Source: Alkalilimnicola ehrlichii MLHE-1
Lineage (GTDB): Bacteria; Pseudomonadota; Gammaproteobacteria; Nitrococcales; Halorhodospiraceae
Assembly: GCF_000014785.1 (NCBI RefSeq)
Contig: NC_008340.1
Coordinates: 2,130,001-2,162,000, forward strand
Length of the DNA stretch: 32,000 nt
Direction of reading: 5' to 3'
Part shown: piece after piece, positions 9,993-19,602 of the stretch
Layout: every line of letters begins with the position of its first letter
Numbering within the stretch: position 1 is the stretch's first letter
Notes under the pieces: model-generated
Told to the model about the DNA's origin: nothing
The model's input: only the letters and a program-made list of their open reading frames with translations
Database searches by the model: none
Translations under genes and position numbers: made by a program

Positions 9993-10574
9993 TCAGCCCC
10001 CGAGATCGGCACGGAGGCCACGGATCATGTCCGTCCGCGGCTCCAACACACCGTGAACCTGGGTTGCGTCCAGCTCCCCAATGATCCGCCAGCGCCCGTC
10101 CAGGGGCTCCAAGTGCAGGTAGCGCCGGTTACTGACCGCCCGGACCTGCCCCCGGTAGACGCCGTCGGCGCCCAGCTCCAGCTCCGCGACCACGTCATCG
10201 GCACCGGTACGGGGCTCCAGCGTCAGGCGCAGGTGCTCCGGCTTCGCCTCGGCGTTCTTGCCCTGCAGCACCAGGGACAATTCCCCGCCCTCCCGGGGTA
10301 CCCGCACGCGGGCGGAGAGCCCCATGTCGTAGGCCACGAGTTCGCGCTCAAAGTTGCGATAGGTCGCGCGCCCGGTGTCAAAGTGGTCGTCGATGACCAG
10401 GGGGTCCTGATTGGTCACCGCGGTGTACACCAGACCGAGCCCCATGGGGACCACCAGGATGGGCGGGGCGAAGACGAACCAGCACCAGAACTCCTTGTAC
10501 CAGGGCTTCTGACGAGGTTCTTTTTGTTTGGCGCTATGATGAACGCTCATGGACCGGTATGCCTCCCGAGTCAA
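9993..10574 (-). CDS. ccoH: FixH/CcoH family cbb3 oxidase assembly protein
   Basis: 193 aa, TM 'FWCWFVFAPPILVVPMGLGLVYTAV' then FixH-like periplasmic region; lies between ccoG and ccoI. Confidence 0.85.
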   Translation of the reverse strand: MTREAYRSMSVHHSAKQKEPRQKPWYKEFWCWFVFAPPILVVPMGLGLVYTAVTNQDPLVIDDHFDTGRATYRNFERELVAYDMGLSARVRVPREGGELSLVLQGKNAEAKPEHLRLTLEPRTGADDVVAELELGADGVYRGQVRAVSNRRYLHLEPLDGRWRIIGELDATQVHGVLEPRTDMIRGLRADLGG

Positions 10575-11953
10575 CGCGCAGGCCCGTGGAAGCGAGTGCG
10601 CGTGGTGGTGCTCACGCTCTCGTCGTCCGTGCGGGTGATTGTAAAGTATACATCGGACGTCCGGTCCTCAAGGTGCTCCATATTCACCGTCACCGTGGCA
10701 ATGATGTCCTGCACCCCGCCCGGGCGCACGCTCACGGTCTCCGGCCGGAGTGACAACTCCGCCCCGGTCAGGCCGGACACCTCCACCTCGAAGGTCCGGG
10801 GCTCACTGTCCTTGTTGATGACCTTGAGGGTGTAGATGTTCTCGATGTCACCAAACCCCGATTCGCGGAACATGGGGTTGCGCTCGGGCAGCACATCAAG
10901 GCCCACCGGCGATCGCATCGCCAGCGCCGTCACAAAGACAGCCGCGAGGATGGTCAGCAGGGTGCCGTAGAGGAAAATACGCGGTCGCAGGACCTTCGTG
11001 CGCTTACCCTCCATCCCGCGCTCACTGGAGTACCGTACCAGACCCCGCGGGTAGCCCATCTTGTCCATCACCGAGTCGCAGGCGTCGACACAGGCCGCAC
11101 AGGCGATGCATTCGTACTGCAGGCCGTCTCGGATATCGATCCCGGTGGGACAGACCTGCACACACAGTTTGCAGTCAATGCAGTCCCCCAGGCCCTTGGC
11201 GCGATGGTCGATCCCCCGCTTGCGCGGGCCCCGCGGCTCGCCCCGTTCCTCATCATAGGAAATGATCAGGGTGTCCGGATCGAACATGGCGCCCTGAAAA
11301 CGGGCATAGGGGCACATGTATTTGCAGACCTGCTCGCGCATATAGCCGGCGTTACCATAGGTGGCAAAGCCGTAGAACAGGGTCCAGAAGGTCTCCCACG
11401 GCCCGAGACTGAAGCTCGCCAGTCGGGAGGCCAGTTCGGTCGCCGGGGAGAAATAGGCCACAAAGGTAAAGCCGGTGAACAACGCAAAGAGGATCCAGAC
11501 GGCCTGCTTCGAGGTCTTGCGCAGGATCTTTTCGCGGGTCCACGGGCCCTTATCGAGCTTCTTCCGCTTGGTGGCCGGGCCCTCCGTCCAGCGCTCCATC
11601 CACAGAAAGACCTCCGTCCAGACGGTCTGCGGACAGGCATAGCCGCACCACAGGCGGCCCGCCAACGCGGTGAAGAAAAACAAGGAGATAGCAGCGATGA
11701 TCAGCAGCGCCGACAGGAAGTAGAACTCCTGCGGCCAAAAGACCATCCCAAAGATGTAAAACTGCCGGGAGGGCAGATCAAACAGAATGGCCTGCCGGCC
11801 ATCCCACTGCACCCAGGGCATAACGTAGTAAAGCCCCAGCAGCGCCAGGACCGCCAGGACCCGCAATCGTTGAAAACGCCCCCCTATCTCTCTGGGATGG
11901 ATCTTTTCGCTCGCCTGATAAAGCGACTCACCCGTCTCGGGCTGGTTCGCCAT
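10571..11953 (-). CDS. ccoG: Cytochrome c oxidase accessory protein CcoG (FixG/RdxA), polyferredoxin
   Basis: 'GRLWCGYACPQTVWTEVF', 'QVCKYMCPYARFQGAMFD', 'CIDCKLCVQVCPTGIDIRDGLQYECIACAACVDACD'. ORF extends to 12037, but MANQPETG at 11953 is the likely start. Confidence 0.95.
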   Translation of the reverse strand: MANQPETGESLYQASEKIHPREIGGRFQRLRVLAVLALLGLYYVMPWVQWDGRQAILFDLPSRQFYIFGMVFWPQEFYFLSALLIIAAISLFFFTALAGRLWCGYACPQTVWTEVFLWMERWTEGPATKRKKLDKGPWTREKILRKTSKQAVWILFALFTGFTFVAYFSPATELASRLASFSLGPWETFWTLFYGFATYGNAGYMREQVCKYMCPYARFQGAMFDPDTLIISYDEERGEPRGPRKRGIDHRAKGLGDCIDCKLCVQVCPTGIDIRDGLQYECIACAACVDACDSVMDKMGYPRGLVRYSSERGMEGKRTKVLRPRIFLYGTLLTILAAVFVTALAMRSPVGLDVLPERNPMFRESGFGDIENIYTLKVINKDSEPRTFEVEVSGLTGAELSLRPETVSVRPGGVQDIIATVTVNMEHLEDRTSDVYFTITRTDDESVSTTTRTRFHGPAR

Positions 11954-11963
11954 AATGCTACTC

Positions 11964-12281
11964 CTATTTGCCACCTTCACTTTTGCCCTGTTCAGGGCGC
12001 CGCACCAAAACGGCAGTGAGGAAGCTTGCGCCCGCACTCACCGCCCAAAACATCAAGAATCCAATGGAGTAGCCCGTCTGCCGCCCTATCTCCCAGCCGG
12101 GAAACGTGGCCGCATGCAGGTCTGACGGGTCAATAGCCAGGAAAAACACCCAGGTCGCCAAGGCTGAGACCAGAAAGGAGGGCCAGATCACTGGCCCTAC
12201 CACCCGGACGAACCAGGTACCCTGGTCCGTCCGGGTCTCTTCCGCCTCAACCTCCGGGCCGTGCTTCGGGTCGTCACTCAT
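11964..12281 (-). CDS. Small uncharacterised membrane protein inside the cco cluster
   Basis: About 105 aa starting MSDDPKHGPEVEAEE, with two predicted TM stretches ('VIWPSFLVSALATWVFFLAI' and 'YSIGFLMFWAVSAGASFLTAVLV'); collinear between ccoP and ccoG. Confidence 0.75.
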   Translation of the reverse strand: MSDDPKHGPEVEAEETRTDQGTWFVRVVGPVIWPSFLVSALATWVFFLAIDPSDLHAATFPGWEIGRQTGYSIGFLMFWAVSAGASFLTAVLVRRPEQGKSEGGK

Positions 12282-12316
12282 GAGGACCCACCTCCCGAAG
12301 GGCAACGAGGCCCTCG

Positions 12317-13219
12317 TCAGTTGTTAAGGCTGTAGACGTATGCGGCGAGCACGTGGATGCGGTCCTCACCCAGACGCTCCAGGAAGGCCGGCATCTCACC
12401 ACTGCGACCGTTCAGGATGGTCTCCTTCATGGTCTCAGCATCGCCGCCGTAGGTGTACTCGCCCAGAGTCAGGTTGGGCCAGCCCGCGGCCTGGTTCCCG
12501 GTGCCGTCGGCGCCGTGACAGGCGATGCAGCCCGCCTGCTCGTACGCGGAGCGTCCGGCAGTGATGGTGTCCTCACTGATCCCCTCGCGACCACCGAGGT
12601 GCTGCACGTAGGCCACCAGGTTATCCAGGCCGTCCCCTTCCAGGGCCGGGCGCCCGGCATGGGGCGGCATCACCGCGCTGCGACCCTGGGTCAGGGTCTC
12701 CACGATCTTCTCCGGGGTGCCACCCCATTGCCATTTGTCGTTGGCAATGTTCGGGAAGCCGCGGGCCCCGCCGCCGTCTACCCCGTGGCAGACCGCACAC
12801 TCATACCCAAACAGCCGACGGCCGGTCTGCATGGCCTCATCGTTTTGAGCCAGTTCCGGGATCGAAAGTTCGGTGTACTGGGCGAAGATCGGCTCCAGCC
12901 GCTCCTCAATGCGCTCCACCTCACGGTCGTACTGGGCGGCGGAGCTCCAACCCAACACACCGCCGAAGTTGCCCAACCCCGGATAGAGGATGAGATAGAC
13001 CAGACCGAAGACGATGGTGATGTAGAACAGCCACAGCCACCAACGGGGCATGGGCCGGTTGTACTCGGCCAGGGTGCCTTCATCCCAACTGTGGCCGGTC
13101 GTCTCGTGCTCTGCGGCCTCCCCGGGCTTCTTCTTCTCGGCCCATTTGATCAACCACACCATCCCGAGAATGTTCGCTAGAACCAGGACGATGACCCACC
13201 AATGCCAGAAGCTACTCAT
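12317..13219 (-). CDS. ccoP: cbb3-type cytochrome c oxidase subunit III (dihaem)
   Basis: 'MSSFWHWWVIVLVLANILGMVWLIKW'; two c-haem motifs 'CAVCHG' and 'CIACHG'. ORF track start 13261; MSSFW start at 13219. Confidence 0.96.
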   Translation of the reverse strand: MSSFWHWWVIVLVLANILGMVWLIKWAEKKKPGEAAEHETTGHSWDEGTLAEYNRPMPRWWLWLFYITIVFGLVYLILYPGLGNFGGVLGWSSAAQYDREVERIEERLEPIFAQYTELSIPELAQNDEAMQTGRRLFGYECAVCHGVDGGGARGFPNIANDKWQWGGTPEKIVETLTQGRSAVMPPHAGRPALEGDGLDNLVAYVQHLGGREGISEDTITAGRSAYEQAGCIACHGADGTGNQAAGWPNLTLGEYTYGGDAETMKETILNGRSGEMPAFLERLGEDRIHVLAAYVYSLNN

Positions 13220-13403
13220 GGCGATTATCCTCGTTACGCTTGTTCTGTTCGCGCTCGTCAACCTGCGGCTGGTCGTCCTCGTCCAGGGCGAGGCGCGCCG
13301 CCTCGTCGAAGTCCTTCTTCTTGCGCGGGTGGTAGGCCCACCAGACCACGCCTAGGAAGAGGATGACCAGCAATGCAGTTGCGATGCCGTGAATCGTGCC
13401 CAT
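13212..13403 (-). CDS. ccoQ: cbb3-type cytochrome oxidase small subunit CcoQ/FixQ
   Basis: 63 aa, single TM then 'WWAYHPRKKKDFDEAARLALDED'; between ccoO and ccoP, overlapping ccoP by 8 bp. Confidence 0.9.
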   Translation of the reverse strand: MGTIHGIATALLVILFLGVVWWAYHPRKKKDFDEAARLALDEDDQPQVDEREQNKRNEDNRHE

Positions 13404-13411
13404 TGATCGCC

Positions 13412-14023
13412 TCAGCGGGTCCGCTCGATGGCGGTACCGAGCCCTTGCAGGTAGGCGATAACGGCATCCATCTCCGTCTTGCCCTCCAGCTCATCGGCCG
13501 CCGACTCAATCATGTCGTCGTTATACGGCACGCCCAAGAAGCGCTGCTGCATCCGCATGCGGTGCGCCACCTGTTCACCATTGAGCTCCCGCGCCGCCAG
13601 CCAGGGATAGGCCGGCATGTTGGAGTTGGGCAGCACGTCACGCGGGTTCATCAGGTGGACCCGATGCCACTCATCGGTGTAGCGGCCACCGACCCGGTGC
13701 AGGTCAGGACCGGTCCGCTTCGAGCCCCACTGGAACGGCCGGTCGTAGACGAACTCACTGGCCAGGGAATAGTGGCCGTAGCGTTCGGTCTCGGCCCGGA
13801 ATGGCCGCACCATCTGGGAGTGACAGTTGTAGCACCCTTCGCGCACGTAGATATCACGGCCCGCGAACTCAAGGGGCGGATAGGGTTCCACCCCCTCGTG
13901 CGCCTGCGTGGTCTCGTTCAGGAAGAACAGGGGCACGATCTGCACCAGACCGGCCACACTGATGACCAGAACAATAAACACGGCAAGCACACCAACGTTT
14001 TTCTCGACTACCTCGTGATTCAT
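13412..14023 (-). CDS. ccoO: cbb3-type cytochrome c oxidase subunit II (monohaem)
   Basis: '[61 protein letters not shown]'. Confidence 0.97.
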   Translation of the reverse strand: MNHEVVEKNVGVLAVFIVLVISVAGLVQIVPLFFLNETTQAHEGVEPYPPLEFAGRDIYVREGCYNCHSQMVRPFRAETERYGHYSLASEFVYDRPFQWGSKRTGPDLHRVGGRYTDEWHRVHLMNPRDVLPNSNMPAYPWLAARELNGEQVAHRMRMQQRFLGVPYNDDMIESAADELEGKTEMDAVIAYLQGLGTAIERTR

Positions 14024-14035
14024 CCCGCTCCCTCC

Positions 14036-15460
14036 TTACGCGGTCTGACCAGCAGCACTGGGGGCCGGCTCACGGCTCGGCGCGCTGGTCACCGTCTTGT
14101 AGACGTTATACGCCATCAGGAACATGCCGATGAGGAACATGACCCCACCCAGCAGGCGCACCATGTAGTACGGGTAGGTGGCCACCAGCACCTCGGAGAA
14201 GGTGTAGGTGAGCGTCCCGTCCTCGTTGACGGCGCGCCACATGAGCCCCTGCATGACGCCGGCGATCCACATGGAGGCGATGTAGAGCACGGTACCGATG
14301 GTGGCGATCCAGAAGTGCCACTCGATCATTTTGGTGCTGTACATGCCCTCGCGGCCGAAGACACGAGGAATGAGGGCGTAGATGGAACCGAAGGTGATGA
14401 ACGCCACCCAGCCCAGGGCACCGGAGTGCACGTGACCCACCGTCCACTCGGTGTAGTGGGAGAGTGCGTTCACCGTCTTGATGGACATCATCGGCCCTTC
14501 GAAGGTGGACATACCGTAGAAGGACAGCGAGACGATGAGGAACTTGAGGATCGGATCGGTACGCAGCTTATGCCAGGCACCGGAGAGGGTCATGATGCCG
14601 TTGATCATGCCACCCCAGGAGGGGGCCAGCAGGATCAGCGAGAAGACCATGCCCAGGGACTGCACCCAGTCCGGCAGCGCGGTGTAGTGCAGGTGGTGGG
14701 GGCCGGCCCACATGTAAAGGGAGATCAGCGCCCAGAAGTGCACGATGGACAGGCGGTAGGAGTAGATGGGCCGCCCGGCCTGCTTAGGCACGAAGTAGTA
14801 CATCATGCCCAGGAAACCGGCCGTCAGGAAGAAGCCCACCGCGTTATGGCCATACCACCACTGCACCATGGCGTCCACCGCCCCGGAGTAGATCGGGTAG
14901 GACCACATGGGGCCCACCGGGATCACCAGGTTGTTGACAATGTGCAGGACCGCGATCGTCAGGATGAAGGCACCGAAGAACCAGTTGGCCACGTAAATAT
15001 GCTTGACCTTCCGGATGGCAATGGTGCCGAAGAAGTTGATGGCGTAGGCCACCCACACCAGGGCGATCAGCAGGGCGATGGGCCACTCGAGCTCGGCGTA
15101 CTCCTTGCCCATGGTGAAGCCCAACGGCAACGAGACCGCTGCGGCGACGATCACCGCCTGCCAACCCCAGAAGGTGAAGGCGGACAGCTTGTCGGAGAGC
15201 AGACGTACCCCGCAGGTACGCTGCACACAGTAGTAGGAGGTGGCAAAGAGCGCCGAGCCCCCGAAGGCGAAGATAACGGCATTGGTATGAAGTGGCCGCA
15301 ACCGACTGTACGTCAGCCACGGGTGGTCGAAGTTTAGCGCCGGCCAAATCAGCTGCGCCGCGATCAGAACGCCAACCGCCATACCGACCACGCCCCAGAC
15401 GACGGTCATTATGGCGAACTGGCGCACGACTTTTTCATTGTAGGTTGTGCTGGTGTCCAT
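14036..15460 (-). CDS. ccoN: cbb3-type cytochrome c oxidase subunit I
   Basis: '[33 protein letters not shown]', '[27 protein letters not shown]', '[15 protein letters not shown]'; GGAG RBS upstream. Confidence 0.97.
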   Translation of the reverse strand: MDTSTTYNEKVVRQFAIMTVVWGVVGMAVGVLIAAQLIWPALNFDHPWLTYSRLRPLHTNAVIFAFGGSALFATSYYCVQRTCGVRLLSDKLSAFTFWGWQAVIVAAAVSLPLGFTMGKEYAELEWPIALLIALVWVAYAINFFGTIAIRKVKHIYVANWFFGAFILTIAVLHIVNNLVIPVGPMWSYPIYSGAVDAMVQWWYGHNAVGFFLTAGFLGMMYYFVPKQAGRPIYSYRLSIVHFWALISLYMWAGPHHLHYTALPDWVQSLGMVFSLILLAPSWGGMINGIMTLSGAWHKLRTDPILKFLIVSLSFYGMSTFEGPMMSIKTVNALSHYTEWTVGHVHSGALGWVAFITFGSIYALIPRVFGREGMYSTKMIEWHFWIATIGTVLYIASMWIAGVMQGLMWRAVNEDGTLTYTFSEVLVATYPYYMVRLLGGVMFLIGMFLMAYNVYKTVTSAPSREPAPSAAGQTA

Positions 15461-15517
15461 AGCTCCAGATCCGCAAGGTGGTTTGAGATGGATTCAGGCG
15501 ATCCTCCACGGGATTGG

Positions 15518-15559
15518 ATTATCCGGGTCCGACAACAAGGCCGCCTTGATACAGGTCAA
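15518..15559 (-). promoter_or_regulatory. Candidate FNR/ANR-type class II promoter upstream of ccoN
   Basis: Minus strand reads TTGAC-CTGT-ATCAA (15559-15546) and GATAAT (15523-15518). Half-site centre to -10 geometry gives -41.5 and -12/-7 for a +1 at 15511. Confidence 0.65.
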
Positions 15560-15715
15560 TACCGGCCGGAACCGTGACAACATGCCACACTCCAGTGTGA
15601 ACCGGGGTGGGAACTCGCAGCGAAGTGGCCCTGTCTGAATAAAAATTTGTTTGCAACCAATTCGCAGCCCCGCCACGATGAACCCACCGGGACACCGGCT
15701 CGGGAGGCCGCACGC

Positions 15716-16636
15716 TTGCAACAGGACATCCGTCACTTTCTCGCCGCCACCAATGAGATCATCCTCGGCAAGGCGCACCAAGTACGGCTGGCCCTGGTCT
15801 GTCTGATCGCCCGCGGCCACCTGCTCATCGAGGACCTGCCCGGCGTCGGCAAGACGACTCTGGCCCAGGCGCTGGCGCGTTTGCTGGGGCTGGATTTCCA
15901 GCGAATCCAGTTCACCAGCGACCTCCTGCCCGCCGACATCATCGGTGCGACCGTCTACGAAAAGGACAGCGGCCGCTTCCGCTTCCACCCGGGGCCGGTC
16001 TTCACCTCCCTGGTGCTGGCCGATGAGGTCAACCGCGCCACACCCAAGGCCCAGAGCGCCCTGCTCGAGGCCATGGCGGAACGCCAGGTCAGCGTTGAGG
16101 GTGAGACCCGCGCCCTACCCGACCCCTTTTTCGTGATCGCCACCCAAAACCCGGACTCGCAACTGGGCACCTTCCCGCTGCCGGAGTCCCAACTGGACCG
16201 CTTTCTCATGCGCCTGAGCCTGGGCTATCCGGGGCACGACGCTGAGCGGGCCCTGTTGCGCGGCACAGAGCGCAGGGACCTGCTGCACCGCATCGACACC
16301 CCGGCCCTCAGCCCCGAGCAGCTGCGGGAGCTGCAAACCGCCGCGCCGAGGGTGCATGCCTCCGACGCCCTGCTGGACTACCTTCAGGCCCTGTTGCGCC
16401 ATACCCGAGAGTGCGGGCGCTTCCGGCACGGCCTCTCCCCCCGGGCCGGCCTGGCACTGCTGCGCACGGCCCAGGCCTGGGCCCTGGTGGACGACCGTGG
16501 CGCGGTGCTGCCCGAGGATATCCAGGCAGTCTTCGTCCCGGTGGCCGGTCACCGCCTGGAACCGCGCGAAGAGGGGGGCGGACAGGCCCATGAGGACCTG
16601 GTCCGGGACAGCCTGGAGCAGGTGACCATCCCCTGA
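15716..16636 (+). CDS. MoxR family AAA+ ATPase (probable TTG start)
   Basis: 'GHLLIEDLPGVGKTTLAQALARLLGLDFQRIQFTSDLLPADIIG', 'VLADEVNRATPKAQSALLEAMAE'. The track calls a TTG start at 15647, but 'GGGAGG' lies 8 nt before the in-frame TTG at 15716. Confidence 0.93.
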   Translation: MQQDIRHFLAATNEIILGKAHQVRLALVCLIARGHLLIEDLPGVGKTTLAQALARLLGLDFQRIQFTSDLLPADIIGATVYEKDSGRFRFHPGPVFTSLVLADEVNRATPKAQSALLEAMAERQVSVEGETRALPDPFFVIATQNPDSQLGTFPLPESQLDRFLMRLSLGYPGHDAERALLRGTERRDLLHRIDTPALSPEQLRELQTAAPRVHASDALLDYLQALLRHTRECGRFRHGLSPRAGLALLRTAQAWALVDDRGAVLPEDIQAVFVPVAGHRLEPREEGGGQAHEDLVRDSLEQVTIP

Positions 16637-17607
16637 TGTCCGTCCGGCACCGGCTCCACTCAGGCCTGCTGCGGCTGCCCCGACGCCGTGGGGAGAGCAC
16701 CTCCGACCGCCTTACCCTCGATTATCGGCGGATCTTCATCCTCCCCAGCCGCTACGGCCTGTTTTTGACTTTGGTGGCGGCTCTGGTCTGGCTCGGCGGG
16801 GTGAATTACACGAATAACATGGTGCTCCTGCTCTCCTTTCTGCTGATCGGGCTGATCGTGGTGAGCATCCACCATACCTTCCGCAACCTGCACCGCCTCA
16901 TGCTCCTGGCCGGGCCGGCGGACGCCGTCTTTGCCGGCCAGACGTTGCACTTCCCGGTAACCGCCCACAACCCCACCCGACATGGCAAGCCGGCGCTCAC
17001 CCTGGTGGGCGGCGAGGGCCAGCAGACAGCCGATCTGCCCCCCGGCGGGAGCGTACGCTGGTGGCTGCCGGTGCCCACCCACCGGCGCGGCTGGCAGACC
17101 CTGCCGCGGTTCCGAGTGCACAGTCGGTTTCCCACCGGGCTCTTCGTGGCCTGGGCGCTGCCCGCACCGCGCCAGCGCGCGCTGGTCTATCCCACCCCCG
17201 AGCACGGTGCGGTGCCCCCACCCCCACACAGCGCCGGGGGCCACCAAGGCGAACGTCACGGTGAGGGGGACGACGATTTCCGTGGCCTGCGCCGCTACCA
17301 GGCCGGCGACCCCAAGGGTCACATCGCCTGGAAGCGGCTGGCCCGCGGCGAGGAGCACCTGCACACCAAGCAATTCTCCGGCGCCGCCGGCGCCCCGCGC
17401 TGGCTGGATGAGCGGGCCATTGACCCCCACCTGGACCCGGAGGCGCGCCTTGCCCGGCTCTGTCGCTGGGTGGTTGACCTGGACCGGGCCGGCCACCCCT
17501 ACGGCCTGCGGCTCGGTCACCTGCGGATCGCGCCGGGCCGGGGTGAGGCCCACCGCCATGCCTGCCTGCGTGCCCTGGCCCTGTACGACCCGGACGCCCG
17601 TCAATGA
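16636..17607 (+). CDS. DUF58 domain-containing protein
   Basis: N-terminal TM pair; 'GDDDFRGLRRYQAGDPKGHIAWKRLARGEEHLHTKQFSG' is the DUF58 core; TGATG overlap with the moxR stop. Confidence 0.9.
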   Translation: MSVRHRLHSGLLRLPRRRGESTSDRLTLDYRRIFILPSRYGLFLTLVAALVWLGGVNYTNNMVLLLSFLLIGLIVVSIHHTFRNLHRLMLLAGPADAVFAGQTLHFPVTAHNPTRHGKPALTLVGGEGQQTADLPPGGSVRWWLPVPTHRRGWQTLPRFRVHSRFPTGLFVAWALPAPRQRALVYPTPEHGAVPPPPHSAGGHQGERHGEGDDDFRGLRRYQAGDPKGHIAWKRLARGEEHLHTKQFSGAAGAPRWLDERAIDPHLDPEARLARLCRWVVDLDRAGHPYGLRLGHLRIAPGRGEAHRHACLRALALYDPDARQ

Positions 17608-19574
17608 GCGGAACAGCGCACCCGCCGACCCCGCTGCCCCGCCAGGCCCAGGCCTGGCTGCTGGCCACCCTCGCACTGGTGGCTGCCGCCCACGCCCCCC
17701 ACCTGCCCTGGTGGCTTAGCCTGGGGGCGCTGGCCTGCGGACTGTGGTGCTGGCAAAACACCCGCCAGTGGCGCCGCCTGCCGCCGCGCAGCCTGCGCTT
17801 CGGACTCACCCTGCTGGCAACCGGCGGGGTCTACCTGAGCTACGGCGAACTCCTGGGCCAGGAGGCGGGAACGGCGTTGCTGCTTGCCATGACGGGGCTC
17901 AAACTGCTGGAACTGCGCAGCCGGCGCGACGCGGTGCTGCTGGTGGGGCTGGGGTTCTTCCTAGTGGCCACGCAGTTCCTGCGCTCCCAGGAACTGCCCA
18001 TGGCCTTTTACCTGGGCGCCTGCACCCTGGGGCTGATCATCAGCCTGATGGGGGCGACCCGGGAGAACGCCCCACCCCACCCGCTGGCGCATCTGCCTCA
18101 GGCGGCCACCTTGCTGCTCCAGGCCCTGCCCTTCATGGTCCTGCTGTTCTTCCTCTTCCCCCGCCTGGACGGCCCCCTCTGGGCCATGCCGGAGGATGGT
18201 GACCGGGCCCGGACCGGGCTCAGCGACCGCATGGAGCCCGGTCAGATCAGCGAACTGGCCCGCTCGGACGCCGTGGCCTTCCGGGTGGAGTTCGAGGCCG
18301 CGCCGCCCCCCCGATCCCGGCGTTACTGGCGCGGCCCGGTGTTCGAGGCGTTCGACGGCCAGCGCTGGCAGCCCGCCGACCACCTGCACGAGCGCCGGGA
18401 GCCGGTCGAACCAGCGGCGGACGCCGAGCGCATCGAATACACCGTGACCCTGGAGCCCCATGGCCAACCCTGGCTGTTCGGCCTGGATCTTCCGCTGACC
18501 CTGGCGGCCGGGCATGCCAGCGCCCGGGGCGCCCAGACCTGGGAGCGGGACACGCCGGTCAACCGGCGCGTACGCTACGCGGGCCAAAGCACGCCCGATT
18601 ACCGTCTGGGCGCCACGCTGGACCCGCAGCGCCGTGAGACCAATCTGGCCCTCGCGCAGAACCGCCACCCGAGAACCGTGGCGCTGGCCCGCTCCTGGCG
18701 GGCGCAGACCGACGACCCGCAGGCCCTGCTGGGGCAGGCCATCAGCCATTTCCGTGAGCAGGATTTCGGCTACACCCTGAGCCCACCCCTGATGCGCGAC
18801 GACATGGTCGATGAGTTTCTGTTCGACCATCAACAGGGGTTCTGCGAACACTACGCGGCCGCCTTTGCCGTGATGATGCGTGCCGCCGGAGTACCCGCCC
18901 GCGTAGTCACCGGCTACCTGGGCGGCGAGATGAACCCGACCGGCGACTACATGATCGTGCGCCAGTCCGACGCCCACGCCTGGAACGAGGTCTGGCTCGA
19001 GGGCGAAGGCTGGATCCGGATCGACCCCACCGCACTGGCCGCCCCGGCACGGCTGGACGAGGGTCTGGCCGGCGCCCTCGGGGACCCCGCCAGCGCCCCG
19101 GCCCTGGCCCGGCTGGACGCCTCGTGGCTGCGCGACCTGCGCCTGCGCTGGGATGCGGTGAACATGACCTGGCACCGCTGGATGCTCGGTTACGGCCCGG
19201 AGTTGCAGCGCCAGTGGCTGGAACGCCTGGGGCTACAGAGCTGGCAACAAGCGGTGATGGCCCTGGGCCTGGCCCTGATCGCCGCCTCCCTGCTGCTGGC
19301 CTGGGTCACGCTTTACCGCAACGCCCCGCCTGCCGCCGATCCGGCCGTCCGTGCCTGGCAGCGTCTGTGCCGGCGTCTGGCCCGCCGGGGCCTGCCCCCA
19401 CGGCCGGGTGAGCCACCCAACTGCTATGCCCGCCGGATTGCCCGGGCGCGCCCGGACCTGGCTGCCGCCATCTTGCATGTGGCCCGGCTCTACCAGCAGT
19501 ATCGGTATGAACCCAACCCCAGCCAGGCCGACCTGCAGGCCCTCCGCAAATGCATCAGACGCCTGCGGCCCTGA
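17604..19574 (+). CDS. TgpA-like protein (DUF3488 plus transglutaminase-like domain)
   Basis: Multi-TM N-terminus; 'QGFCEHYAAAFAVMMRAAGVPARVVTGYLGGEMNPTGDYMIVRQSDAHAWNEVWLEGEGWIRIDPTA' gives the Cys-His-Asp transglutaminase core; ATGA overlap with the DUF58 gene. Confidence 0.94.
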   Translation: MSGTAHPPTPLPRQAQAWLLATLALVAAAHAPHLPWWLSLGALACGLWCWQNTRQWRRLPPRSLRFGLTLLATGGVYLSYGELLGQEAGTALLLAMTGLKLLELRSRRDAVLLVGLGFFLVATQFLRSQELPMAFYLGACTLGLIISLMGATRENAPPHPLAHLPQAATLLLQALPFMVLLFFLFPRLDGPLWAMPEDGDRARTGLSDRMEPGQISELARSDAVAFRVEFEAAPPPRSRRYWRGPVFEAFDGQRWQPADHLHERREPVEPAADAERIEYTVTLEPHGQPWLFGLDLPLTLAAGHASARGAQTWERDTPVNRRVRYAGQSTPDYRLGATLDPQRRETNLALAQNRHPRTVALARSWRAQTDDPQALLGQAISHFREQDFGYTLSPPLMRDDMVDEFLFDHQQGFCEHYAAAFAVMMRAAGVPARVVTGYLGGEMNPTGDYMIVRQSDAHAWNEVWLEGEGWIRIDPTALAAPARLDEGLAGALGDPASAPALARLDASWLRDLRLRWDAVNMTWHRWMLGYGPELQRQWLERLGLQSWQQAVMALGLALIAASLLLAWVTLYRNAPPAADPAVRAWQRLCRRLARRGLPPRPGEPPNCYARRIARARPDLAAAILHVARLYQQYRYEPNPSQADLQALRKCIRRLRP

Positions 19575-19602
19575 CCGGCGCCCAGACAGGAGAGAGCGAC
19601 CC

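Noticed and set aside
11954-12037. N-terminal extension of the ccoG ORF (track start 12037)
   Set aside because: The additional 28 residues overlap the upstream ORF's 3' end and do not resemble the CcoG N-terminus; MANQPETG at 11953 is preferred.
16636-19574. MoxR-DUF58-TgpA locus as a possible novel system
   Set aside because: This MoxR/DUF58/transglutaminase arrangement is a well-known conserved gammaproteobacterial locus, so it is reported as ordinary features only.
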